Below, one piece after another: positions 11,001 to 23,700 of a DNA stretch of 64,000 bases. The notes under the pieces were generated by a model. It had not been told where the DNA came from. It saw only the letters and a list, made by a program, of their open reading frames with translations, and ran no database searches. Source of the stretch: Squalus acanthias (Eukaryota); assembly GCA_030390025.1 (NCBI GenBank), contig JASTWF010000353.1, positions 434,001 to 498,000 of the forward strand, written 5' to 3'. The position numbers and the translations under genes were made by a program. The first letter of the stretch is position 1; each line of letters opens with the position of its first letter.

Positions 11001-14000
11001 CCCACTGCCCCGCTCTCTCCCCATCGCCCTGTATCAATCCCCAAACTAATCCCACTGCCCCGCTCTCTTCCCATAGCCCTGTTTCAATCCCAAACTAATC
11101 CCACTGCCTCGCTCTCTTCCCATAGCCCTGTATCAATCCCAAACTATTCCCACTGCCCCGCTCTGTCCCCAAAGCCCTGTATCAATCCCAAACTAATCCC
11201 ACTGCCCCGCTCTCACCCCATAGCCCTGTATCAATCCCAAACTAATCCCACTGCCCCGCTCTCTTCCCATAGCCCAGTATCAATCCCAAACTAATCCCAC
11301 TGCCCCGCTCTCTCCCCATAGCCCTGTATCAATCCCAAAACTCATCTCACTGTCCCGCTCTCGCCCCATTGCCCTGTATCAATCCCAAACTAATCCCATT
11401 GCACCACACACTCCCATAGCCCTGTATAAATCTCCAAACTAATCCCACTTTCCCGCTCTCTCCCCATAGCCCTGTATCTATCCCACCTAATCCCATAGCC
11501 CTGCCCTCACCCCAAACCCCTGTATCAATCCCAAACTAATCCCACTGCCCACTCTCTCCCCATAGCCCTGTATCAATCCCAAACTAATCCCACTGCCCAC
11601 TCTCTCCCCATAGCCCTGTATCAATCCCAAACAAATCCCACAGCCCCTCTCTCTCCCCATAGCCCTGTATCAATCCCAAACAAATCCCAGTACCCCGCTC
11701 ACTCACCATAGTCTTGTTCCAATCCAAAACTAATCCCACTGCCCCGCTCTCTCCCAATCGCCCTGCATCAATCCAAAACTAATCTCATTGCCCGGCTCTC
11801 TCCCCATAGCCCTGCATCAATCCAAAACTAATTCCACTGCCGCGCTCTCTCCCCATAGCCCTGTGTCAATCCCAAAACTAATCCCACTGCCCCGCTCTCT
11901 CCCCATAGCCCTGTGTCAATCCCAAAACTAATCCCACTGCCCCGCTCTCTCTCCAAAGCCCTGTGTCAATCCCAAAACTAATCCCACTGCCCCGCTCTCT
12001 CCCCATAGCCCTGTGTCAATCCCAAAACTAATCCCACTGCCCCGCTCTCTCCCCATAGCACTGTATCAATCCCAAACTAATCCCACTGCCCCGCTCTCTC
12101 CCCATAGCCCTGTATCAATCCCAAACTAATCTCACAGCCCTGCTCTCTCCCCATAGCCCTGTATCAATCCCAAATTAATCTCACAGCCCCACTCCCTCCC
12201 CATAGCCATGTTCCAATCCAAAACTCAACCCACAGCCCTGCTCTCTCCCCATAGCCCTGTATTAATCCCAAACTAATCCCACTGACCCACTCTCTCCCTA
12301 TAGCCCTGTATCATTCCCAAACTAATCCCACTGCCCCTCTCTCTCTCCATCGCCCTGTATCAATCCCAAAACTCATCCCACTGCCCCGCTCTCTCCGCGT
12401 AGCCCTGTTTCAATCCCAAACTAATCCAACTGCACTGCTCTCTCCCAATCGCCCTGTATCAATCCAAAACTCATCCCACTGCCCCGCTCTCTTCCCATAG
12501 CCCTGTTTCAATCCAAAACTAATCCCACTGCCCCGCTCTCTCCCCATAGCCCTGTGTCAATCCCAAAACTAATCCCACTGCGCCACTCTCTCCCCAATAG
12601 CCCTGTATCAATCCCAAACTAATCCCACTGCCCCACTCACTCCCCATAGCCCTGTTTCAATCCCAAACTAATCCAACTGCCCCGCCCTCTCCTCATAGCC
12701 CTGTATCAATCCCAAACTAATGCTATTGCCACGCGCTCTCCCCATCGTCCTGTATCAATCCCAAACTAATCCCACTGCACCGCAATTTCCCCAGAGCCCT
12801 GTATCAATCCAAAATTAATCCCACTGCACCGCTCTCTCCCCATAGCGCTATATCAATCCCAAATTAATCCCACTTCCCTGCTCTCTCCCCATAGACCTGT
12901 ATCAATCCCAAACTAGTCCCACTGCCCCTCTCTCTCCCCATAGACCTGTATCAATCCCAAACTAATCCAACTGCCCCTCTCTCTCCCCATCGCCCTGTAT
13001 CAATCTCAAACTAATCCCACTGCCCCGCTCTCTCCCCATAGCCCTGTATCAATCCCAAACTAATCCCACTGCCCCGCTCTCTCCTCATAGCCCTCTATCA
13101 ATCCCAAACTAATCCCACTGCCCCGCTCTCTCCCCATCGCCCTGTATCAATCCCCAAACTAATCCCACTGCCCCGCTCTGTCCCCATAGCCCTGTATCAA
13201 GCCCAAACTAATCCCACTGCCCTGCTCTCTCCCCATAGCCCTGTATCAAAACCTAACTAATTCCACTGCCCTGCTCTCTCCCCATTGCCCTGTATCAATA
13301 CAAAACTAATCATGATGCCCCGCTCTCTCCCCATAGCCCTGTATCAAAACCAAACTAATTCCACTGCCCTGCTCTCTTCCCATAGCCCTGTATCAATCCC
13401 AAATTATTCCCACTGCCCCGCACTTTCCCCATAGCCCTGTATCAATCCCAAACTAATCCCATTGGCCTGCTTTCTCCCCATAGCCCTGTATCAATCCCAA
13501 ACAAATCCCATTGGCCCGCTCTCTCCCCATGGCTCTGTATCAATCCAGAACTAATCCAACTGCCCCGCAATTTCCCCATAGCCCTGTATCAATCCCAAAC
13601 TAATCCCATTGGCCCGCTCTCTCGCCATAGCCCTGTATCAATCCCAAACTAATCCCATTGGCCCGCTCTCTCCCCATTGCCCTGTATCAATCCCAAACTA
13701 AACCCATTTCCCTGCTCTCTCCCCATAGACTTGTATCAATCCCAAACTAATCCCACTGCCCCACTCTCTCCGCATAGCCCTGTATCAATCCCAAACTAAT
13801 CCCATTGCCCCACTCTCTCCCCATAGCCCTGTATCAATCCAAAACTCATCCCACTGCCCCGCTCTCTTCCCATAGCCCTGTATCAATCCCAAACTATTCC
13901 CACTGCCCCGCTCTCTCCCCATAGCCCTGTATCAATCCCAAACTAATGCCACTGCCCCGCTCTCTCCCCATAGCCCTGTAACAATCCCCAAATTATTCCC

Positions 14001-15840
14001 ACTGCCCCGCACTTTCCCCATAGCCCTGTATCAATCCCAAAATAATCCCATTGGCCCGCTCTCCCTATAGCCCTGTATCAATCCCAAACTAATCCCATTG
14101 GCCCGCTATCTCCCCATAGCCCTGCACCAATCCAAAACTAATCCCACTGCCCCGCACTTTCCCCATATCCCTGTATCAATCCCAAAATAATCCCATTGGC
14201 CCGCTCTCCCTATAGCCCTGTATCAATCCCAAACTAATCCCATTGGCCCGCTCTCTCCCCATAGCCCTGCATCAATCCAAAACTAATCCCACTGCCCTGC
14301 ACTTTCCCCATAGCCCTGTATCAATCCCAAACTAATCCCACTTCCCTGCTATATCCCCATAGCCCTGTATCAATCCAAAACTAATCTCACAGCCCCGCTA
14401 TCTCCCCATAGCTCTGTTTCAATCCCAACCTAATACCACTGCCCCACACTCTCCTCATAGCCCTGTATCAATCCCAAACTAATCCCAATGCCCACGCTCT
14501 CTCCCCTAGCCCTGTAGCAATCAAAAACTAATCCCACTGCCCCGCTCTCTCTGCACAGCCCTCCATCAATACCAAATTAATCCCACTGCCCTACTCTCTC
14601 CCCATAGCCCTGTATCAATACAAAACTAATCCCACTGCCCCGCTCTCTCCCCCATAGCCCTGTATAAATCCCAAACTAAACCCACTGCCCCGCTCTCCCC
14701 CATAGCCCTGTATCAATCCCAAACTAATCCCACCGCCCCGCTCTCTCCCCATAGCCCTGTTTTAATCTCAAACTAATCCCACTGCCCCGCTCTCTCCCCA
14801 TAGCCTTGTATCAATCCCAAACTAATCCCACTGACCCGCTCTCTCCCCATAGCCCTGTATTAATCACAAACTAATCCAACTGCCCCTCTCTCTCCCCATC
14901 GCCCTGTATCAATCTCAAACTAATCCCACTGCCCCGCTCTCTCCCCATAGCCCTGTTTCAATCTCAAACTAATCCCACTGCCCCGCTCTCTCCCAATAGC
15001 CCTGTATCAATCCCAAACTAATCCCACTGATCCGCTGTCTCCCCATCGCCCTGTATCAATCCCAAACTCATCCCACTGCCCCGCTCTCTCCCCATAGCCC
15101 TGTATCAATCTCAAACTAATCCCAATGCCCCGTTCTCTCCCCATCGCCCTGTATCAATCCCAAACTAATCCCACTGCCCCGCTCTCTCCCCATCGCCCTG
15201 TATCAATCCCAAACTAATCTCACAGCCCTGCTCTCTCCCCATAGCCCTGTATCAATCCCAAAGCTAATCCCACTTCCCCGCTCTCTCCGCATAGCCCTGT
15301 AACAATCCCAAACTAATGACGCTGCCCCGCGCTCTCCCCATAGCCCTGTATCAATCCCCAAATTATTCCCACTGCCCCGCTCACTCCCCATAGCCCTGCA
15401 TCAATCCCAAACTAATCCCACTACCCGCTCTCTCCCCATAGTCCTTTATCAATCCAAATCTAATCCCACTGCCCCGCACTCTCCCCATAGCCCTGTATCA
15501 ATCCACAAACTATTCCCACTGCCCTGCTCACTCCATAGCCCTGTATCAATCTAATGCTAATCCCACTGCCCCGCTCTCTCCCCACAGCCCTGTATTAATC
15601 CCAATCTAATCCCACTGCCCCCTCTCTACCCATAGCCCTGTATCAATCCCAAAGTAATCCCACTGCCCCTCTCTCTCCCCATAGCCCTGTATCAATCCAA
15701 AACTAATCCCACTTACCCGCTCTATCCCCATAGCACTGTAATAATCCCCAAACTATTCCCACTGCCCCGCGCTCTCCCCATAGCCCTTTATCAATCCCAA
15801 ACTAATCCCACTGCCCCTCTATCTCCCCATGTCCCTGTAT
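7995..15840. repeat. 49-bp satellite array 1
   Basis: Consensus AATCCCAAACTAATCCCACTGCCCCGCTCTCTCCCCATAGCCCTGTATC, with 48-50 bp variants. Confidence 0.97.
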
Positions 15841-15856
15841 CGCCGGCTTTTTTGCA

Positions 15857-16010
15857 GAGGCCAGGGTCGGGAGCAGAGAGAGCAGCAGCACAGTGAGTAT
15901 TTAAACTCACTTTCGCAGGCTTTGATTCCGAGGCCAGTGTCGGGAGCGGAGAGAGCAGCAACACAGTGAGCTGTTAAACTCACTTTCGCGGGCTATTTTT
16001 CCGAGGCTTT
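15857..16010 (+). repeat. 73-bp tandem units in the CR1 5' UTR
   Basis: GAGGC...TTAAACTCACTTTCGC units starting at 15857, 15930 and 16003 (partial). Confidence 0.8.
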
Positions 16011-16316
16011 CCAATCTCACAGACCGGCGGCGGCATTCCAGAGCCACGTCACATTTCAAAAAGTGACGCAGACAAGAGGAAGCAGCTGATTGGGTGAGTA
16101 CAGCCAGGTGAGTATTTATACTACTCTGTAGTTTGACAGTTAAGGTTAATAGTTTATAAAGTTTAGTAGGTCCTAATTTTTGTGGTTATAGTTTCTAAGG
16201 TCTCTGTTGTGTAGCAGGGAGTGCTGGTATACAAGGGCCCTTGAGTATATCATTTAATTGTAGTGTAATTTGTGGTATTGATTTGATTTAAATTTAAATT
16301 AATTAAAGGATAAGTC

Positions 16317-16565
16317 ATGGCAGCACAGCTCGGCCCCGTGGCATGCTGCTCCTGCACTATGTGGGAAATCAGGGACACTTCCTGTGTCCCTGTTGACCAT
16401 GTGTGCGGGAAGTGTATCCAGCTGCAGCTACTGGCAGACCACATTGCGGCGCTGGAGCTGCGAATGGATGCATACTGGAGCATTCGCGATGCTGAGGACA
16501 TCGTGGATAGCATGTTTAGGGAGTTGTTCACACCTCAGGTAAAGGCTGCACAGGCAGGGGGTTGA
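16317..16565 (+). pseudogene. CR1 ORF1 N-terminal zinc finger/coiled-coil; rest of ORF1 apparently deleted
   Basis: CCSCTMW...CGKC followed by a Leu heptad; only about 140 bp separate it from the ORF2 endonuclease. Confidence 0.75.
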
Positions 16566-18890
16566 GAACCTCTACAGGGAAACAGAGGAAAGGGAAGCAA
16601 GGATAGAAGCAAAAGACAGGAAGGAGAAAAGCAGAAGTGGAAGGCAGAGAAATCAAGGGTGTAAATCAAACAGGGCTACAGTAAATAAACAAGCCTGAAG
16701 GCTGTGTGTCTTAATGCGAGGAGCATTCGTAATAAGGTGGATGAATTAGCTGCGCAAATAGATGTAAACGGATATGATATAATTGGGATTACGGAGACAT
16801 GGCTTCAGAGCGACCAAGGCTGGGAATTCAACATCCGGGGGTATTCAATATTCAGGAAGGACAGACAAAAAGGAAAAGGAGGTGGAGTAGCTTTGCTGGT
16901 TAAAGAGGAGATTAACACAATAGTAAGGAAGGATATTAGCTCTGATGATGTGGAATCTGTATGGGTAGAGCTGAGAAATACCAAGGGGCAGAAAACGTTC
17001 GTGGGTGTTGTATACAGACCCCCAAACAGTAATGCTGAGATTGGGGGTGGCATTAAATGGTAAATTAGAGACACGTGCAATAAGGGCACAGCAGTTATCA
17101 TGGGTGACTTTAATCTACATATAGATTGGGCTAACCAAATTAGTAACAATACTGTGGAGGAGGAATTCCTAGAGTGTATACGGGATGGTTTCCTGGACCA
17201 ATTTGTCGAGGAATCAACTGAAGATCAGGCCATCTTAGACTGGGTATTATGTAATGAGAAAGGATTAATTAGCAATCTTGTTGTGCGAGGCCCCTTGGGG
17301 AGGAGCGATCATAATATGATAGAATTCTTCATTAAGATGGAGAGTGAAGTAGTTGACTCAGAGACTAGGGTCCTGAATTTAAATAAAGGAAACTACGATG
17401 GTATGAGGCGTGAGTTGGCTAGGGTGGATTGGTGAAGCGTTACTTAAAGGGTTGTTGGTGGATAGGCAATGGCAAACATTTAAAGATCGCATGGATGAAC
17501 TACAGAATTTGTTCATCCCTGTTTGGCATAAAAATAAAACAAAAAAGGTGACTCAACCGTGACTAACAAGGTAAATTAGGGATAGCATAAGATCCAAGGA
17601 GAGTAAATATAAATTGGCCAGAAAAAGCAGCAAACCTGAGGATTGGGAGTAGTTTAGGATTCAGCAAAGGAGGACAAAGGGATTAATTAAGAGGGGGAAA
17701 ATAGAATATGAGAGTAAGCTATCAGGGAACATAAAAACTGACTGTACAAGCTTCTATAGATATGTGAAGAGAAAAAGATTGGTGAAGTCAAGCATAGGTC
17801 CCTTGCAGTCAGAATCAGGGGAATTTATAATGGGGAACAAAGAAATGGTTCTGTCTTCACAAAGGAGGACACAAATAAACTCCCAGAGATGTCGGGGAAC
17901 ATAGGGTCTAATGAGAGGGAGGAATTGAATGAAATCAGTATTTGTAGGGAAATGGTGTTAGGGAAATTGACAGGATTGAAGGCCGATAAATCCCCAAGGC
18001 CTGATAATCTACATCCTAGGGTACTTAAGGAAGTGGCCCTAGAAATAGTAGATGCATTTCTGGCCATCTTTCAAAATTCTATAGACTCTGGAACAGTTCT
18101 CATGGATTGGAGGGTAGCGAATGTAATCCCACTATTTAAAAAAGGTGGTAGAGAAAAAACGGGGAATTATAGACCGGTAAGCCTGACATCGGTAGTGGGC
18201 AAAATGCTAGAGTCTATTATAAAAGATGTAATAGCAGAGCACTTGGAAAACAGTGACAGGATCGGACAAAGTCAACATGGATTTACAAAAGGGAAATCAT
18301 GCCTGACTAATCTACTGGAATTTTTTGAGAATGTAACTGGTAGAATAGATAAGGGAGAAACAGTGGATGTGGTGTATTTGGACTTTCAGAAGGCTTTCGA
18401 TAAGGTCCTGCATAAGAGATTAGAGTGAAAAGTTAAAGCACATGGGATTGGGAGTGAGGTACTGATTTGGATAGAGAACTGGTTGGCAGACAGGAAGCAA
18501 AGAGCTGGAATAAACGAGTCTTTTTCCGAGTGGCAGGCAGTGACTAGTGGGGTACCACAGGGATCGGTGCTAGGACCCCAGCTATTCACAATATATATTA
18601 ATGATCTAGATGAGGGAACTAGATGTAATATCTCTAAGTTTGCAGATGACACAAAGCTGGGTGGGCGAGTGTGCTGAGAGGAGGATGCAGAGAAACTCCA
18701 GTATGATTTGGACAGGTTGGGTGATTGGGCAGATGCATGGCAGATGCAGTATAATGTGGATAAATGCGAGGTTATCCACTTTGGTGGCAAAAACAGGAAG
18801 ACAGATTATTATCTGAATGGCAATAGATTGGGAAAAGGGGAAGTGCAACGAGATCTGGGAGTCGTTGTTGCACAAGTCACTGAAGGTAAG

Positions 18891-20086
18891 TGTAGGCTTC
18901 GCAAAATCCCCCAGAAACTCGAACAGAGCCCTAAAGGGAGTATTTTTGGACTTTTCATACAAACTTGGGATGATGGGGCCTAAGTGAAGTGATTTGATGT
19001 AAAAACCTAAAGATCAGGGAAGAAAAAAACCTGAGGAAACTGACTTTTTTGAATCTTACTGTTGGGAGAGACACCTTTCACAGACACAAGACAAGCTGCG
19101 AGGGGCGTGGCCAGGCAGTGAACAAATCAAGCTGTCTGGGAATTGTTTACAGTACAAATCCTACCCAGGTGCAAGAGACAAAGCAAAAACTCACAAACAC
19201 ATTCAAATATGAATCCCCAGGGGCAAACAAGATGCTGGAAATCTAAAAACGATTCAATGACAATAAAACTTCGATCACACAGTTTCAGAGCCATTATCCC
19301 ATCAAAAAAAAACAATCACCAGGTATCCACAGAACAGATTTAAAAGCCCGCCAACAGACCTAGGACAATAGGGTGGAGATTTGGCGCGTAGATAACGCTG
19401 TGTTTAAATCTGAAAACGATCAAGACATGTTTAACATTGAGCAAAAGCCATCGGAACTGGCAAGCCCGCCAAAACTAGACAATTGGACTAAGCAAGGTTC
19501 ATTTGCAACCAAAAGGAATTCGTTTTAGTAAGGGTTTTTTGGGCACGAAAAAGAAACAGTATAATTTGAAAGCCTGTGCCATAATCTCTCTCCCTTTCGG
19601 ACTGGCTCACGACGCGGACACAGCTCCCTCCCTGCTCCAGCAAAACCTACCACAAGCCACGAGGAAGAAGGCCAGAAGACCAGCACGCAAAAAGAAACCA
19701 GAGCGACTGCCTCAGTGACCATCGGACACCTCGCAGCAACAAGGGCCTTCCGGAGTTTTTTAAAGAAAAGACTCTAATATCCTGTCAAGGATTCGTTGGT
19801 GAGCATTATACCTGATCTCCTGAAACCAAAAACCTAGCCAGATAGTGGGATCTTTGGGAGGGATAAGGTTTTGTTTGATATATTGTCATTTCCCTCGCTT
19901 GTACCGTGTGCTCCCCAAATCTGTGTTTAAGTAATAAGTCTGTTTCAAGTTTGTTACCTTTTTTTCTTTTAATAAAGTAAAATTCTTTCATCAGAACCTG
20001 TTTACTGCAATTTTGTTCACAACCCCTAAATAAGTCCAAAGTCTAGGAATCGGAGGGGTGTGGGAGCGATTCAGATACCCCTTACA
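18891..20086 (+). mobile_element. Solo LTR (1196 bp) related to the element 1 LTR, inserted in CR1 ORF2
   Basis: TGTAG...CCCTTACA termini; TSD TAAG at 18887-18890 and 20087-20090; empty site CTGAAGGTAAGCATGCAGG seen in the CR1 at about 6596-6614; AATAAA at 19971. Confidence 0.93.
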
Positions 20087-20734
20087 TAAGCATGCAGGTG
20101 CAGCAGGCGGTTAAGAAGGCAAATGGTATGTTGGCCTTCATAGCGAGAGGATTCGAGTACAGGAGCAAGGATGTCTTGCTGCAGTTGTACAAGGCCTTGG
20201 TGAGACCACACCTTGAGTATTGTGTGCAGTTTTGGTCACCTTATCTGAGGAAGGATGCTCTTGCCATGGAGGGAGTGCAGCGAAGATTTACCAGACTGAT
20301 ACCTGGGATGGCAGGAATGACGTATGAAGAGAGATTGGGTCGATTAGGCTTATATTCACTAGAGTTTTGAAGAATGAGAGGTACAGACTAGATGCAGGAA
20401 GGATGTTCCCGATGGCGGGGGTGTCCAGAAACAGAGGTCACAGTCTAAAGATAAGGGGTGAGCCATTTAGGACTGAGATGAGGAGGAATTTCTTCACCCA
20501 GAGAGTGGTGAACCTGTGGAATTCTCTACCACAGAAGGCAGTTGAGGCCAATTCATTAAATATTTTCTTGAAGGAGATAGATATATTTCTTAAGGCTAAA
20601 GGGATCAAGGGATATGGGGAGAAAGCAGGGACAGGGTACTGAATTTGGATGATCAGCCATGATCTCATTAAATGGCGGAACAGGCCCGAGGGGCCGAATG
20701 GCCTACACCTGCTACTATCTTCTATGCTTCTGTG

Positions 20735-23700
20735 CCAATCCCAATGCCCCGCTCTCTCCCCATAGCCTTGTATCAAACCAAACCTAATCCCACAGCCCCG
20801 ATCTCTCCCCATAGCCCTGTATCAATCCAAAACTAATCCCACTGCCCGCTCTCTCCCCATAGCCCTGTATCAATCCCAAACTAATCTCACTACCCCACTC
20901 TCTCCCCATAGTCCAGTATCAATCCCAAACTAATCTCACTGCCCCACTCTCTCCCCATAGCCCTGTATCAATCCAAAACTAATCCTACTGCCCCACTCTC
21001 TGCCCATAGCCCTGTATCAATCCAAAATTAATCCCACTGCCCCGCTCTCTCCCCGTGTCCCAGTATCAATCCGGAACTAATTCCATTGCCCAGCTCTCTA
21101 CCCATACCCCTGTATCAATCCCAAATTAATCCCGCTATCCCGCTCTCTCCCCATCGCCCTGTATCAAACGCAAACTAATCCCACTGCCCCACACTCTTCC
21201 CATAGCTCTGTATCAATCCCAAACTAATCCCAATGCCCCGATCTCTCCCCATAGCCCTGTATCAGTCCAAAACTTATCCGACTGCCCCGCTCTCTCCCCA
21301 TAGCCCAGTATCAATCCCAAACTAATCGCACTGCCCCACTCTCTCCCAATATCCTTGTATCAATCCAAAAATAATCCCACTGCCCTGCTCTCTCCCAATA
21401 GCCCTGTATCAATCCCAATCTAATCCCATTGTTCCACACTCTCCCCATAGCCCTGTATCAATCCGGAACTAATTCCACTGCCCTGCTCTCTACCCATACC
21501 CCTGTATCAATCCAAATTAATCCCACTATCCCGCTCTCTACCTATAGCCCTGTATCAAACGCAAACTAATCCCACTGCCCCACACTCTTCCCATAGCTCT
21601 GTATCAATCCCAAACAAATCTCACTCCCCCACCCTCTCCCGATAGACCTGTATCAATCCCAAACTAATCGCACTGCCCCACACTCACCCCGTAGCCCTGT
21701 ATCAATCCTAAACTAATCCCACTGCCCCAATCTTTCCCCATAGCCCTGTATTAATCCCAAATTAATCTCACTGTCCCGCTCTCTACATAGCCCTGTATCA
21801 ATCGCAAACTAATCCCAATGCCCCACACTCTTCCCATAGCCCTGTATCAATCCCAAACTATTCCCAATGCCCCACACTCTTCCCATAGCCCTGTATCATC
21901 CCAAACTATTCCCAATGCCCCGATTTCTCCCCATAGTCCTGTATCAATCCCAAACTAATCATACTGCCCACTCTCTCCCCATAGCTCTGTATCAATCCCA
22001 AACAAATCTCACTGCCCCACTCTCTCCCCATAGCCCTGTATCAATCCAAAATTAAACCCACTGCCCTACTCTCTCCCCATAGCCCTGTATCAATCCCAAA
22101 CAAATCTCACTGCCCCACTCTCTCCCCATAGCCCTGTATCAATCCCAAACTAATCCCTCCCCCCCGCTCTCTCCCCACGTCCCTGTATCAATCCAAAACT
22201 AATCATACTGCCCGCTCTCTCCCCATGTCCCTGTATCAATCCCAAAATAATCCCACCGCCCCACTCTCTCCCCATAGCTCTGTATCAATCCCAAACTAAT
22301 CCCATTGCCCCACAGTGTCCCCATAGCACTGCATAAATCTCAAAACTAATCCCACTTCCCCGCTCTCTCCCCATGCCCCTATATCAATCCCAACCTAATT
22401 TCACTGCCCCGCACTCTCCCAATAGCCCTGTATCAATCCAAAACTAATCCCACTGCTCTGCTCTCTCCCCATATCCCTGTATCAATCCCAAACTTATCCC
22501 ACTGCCCCTCTCTCCCCAAATCCCTGTATCAACCCAAAACTAATCCCACTGCCCCGCTCTCTCCCCAGAGCCTTGTATCAATCCCAAACTAATCCCACTG
22601 CCCTGTTCGTTCCTCACAGCCCTCTATCAATCCAAAAACTATTCCCACAGCTCCACAGTCTCCCCATCGCCCTGTTTCAATCCAAAACTAGTCCCATTGC
22701 TCCGCTCTCTCCCCATAGCCCTGTATAAATACAACACTAATCCCACTGCCCCGCTCTCTCCCCACAGCCCTGTATCAATCCAAAACTAATCACACTGCCC
22801 CATACTCTCCTCATAGCCCTGTATCAATCCAAAACTAATCACACTGCCCCATACTCTCCCCATAGCCCTGTATCAATCCCAAATTATTCCCACTGCCCCG
22901 TCTCTCGCCATAACCCTGTATCAATCCCAAACTATTCCCACAGCCCCGCACTCTCCCAATAGCCCTGTATCAATCCCAAACTAATCCCACTGTCCCACAC
23001 TCTCCCCGTAACCCTGTATCAATCCCAAACTAATCCCACTGCCCCGCTCCCACCCCATAGCCCTGTATCAATTCCAAACTATTCTCACTGCCCCACTCTC
23101 TTCCCATAGCCCTGTATCAATCCCAAACTATTCGCACAGCGTCGCTCTCTCCCCATAGCCCTGTATCAATCCCAAACTGTGCTCACTGCCCCGCTCTCTC
23201 CCCATAGCCCTGTATCAATCCCAAAATATTTCCATAGCCCCGCTCTCTCCCCATAGCCCTGTATCGATCGCAAACTAATCCCACTGCACCGCTCCCTCCC
23301 CATAGCCCTGTATCAATCCCAAACTAATCCCACTGCTTCGCTCCCTCCCCATAGCCCTGTATCGATCCCAAACTAATCCCACTGCTTCGCTCCCTCCCCA
23401 TAGCCCTGTATCAATCCCAAACTTATCCCTCTGCCCCGCTCTTTCCCAATAGCCCTGTATCAATCCCAAACGAATACTACTGCCCTGCTTTCTCCCCATA
23501 AGCCTGCATCAATCCCAAACTATTCCCACTGCCCCGCTCTCTCCCCACAGACCTGTATCAATCCGAAACTATTCTCACTGCTCCGCTCTCTCCCCATAGC
23601 CCTGTTTCAATCCCAAAATATTCCCACTACCCCGCTCTCTCCCCATAGTCCTGTATCGATCCCAAACTAATCCCACTGCCCCGCTCTCTCCCCATAGCCC

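Larger units (their letters stand above)
15841..20732 (+). mobile_element. Near-full-length decayed CR1 LINE (5' UTR, truncated ORF1, ORF2 EN+RT with stops), interrupted by a solo LTR
   Basis: EN motifs LNARSI, IGITETWL, GDFN, SDH; RT motifs YRPVSLTS, QHGF, QGSVLGP, FADD; ORF2 ends GYGEKAGTGY* at 20642; 3' tail TCTTCTATGCTTCT. Confidence 0.95.
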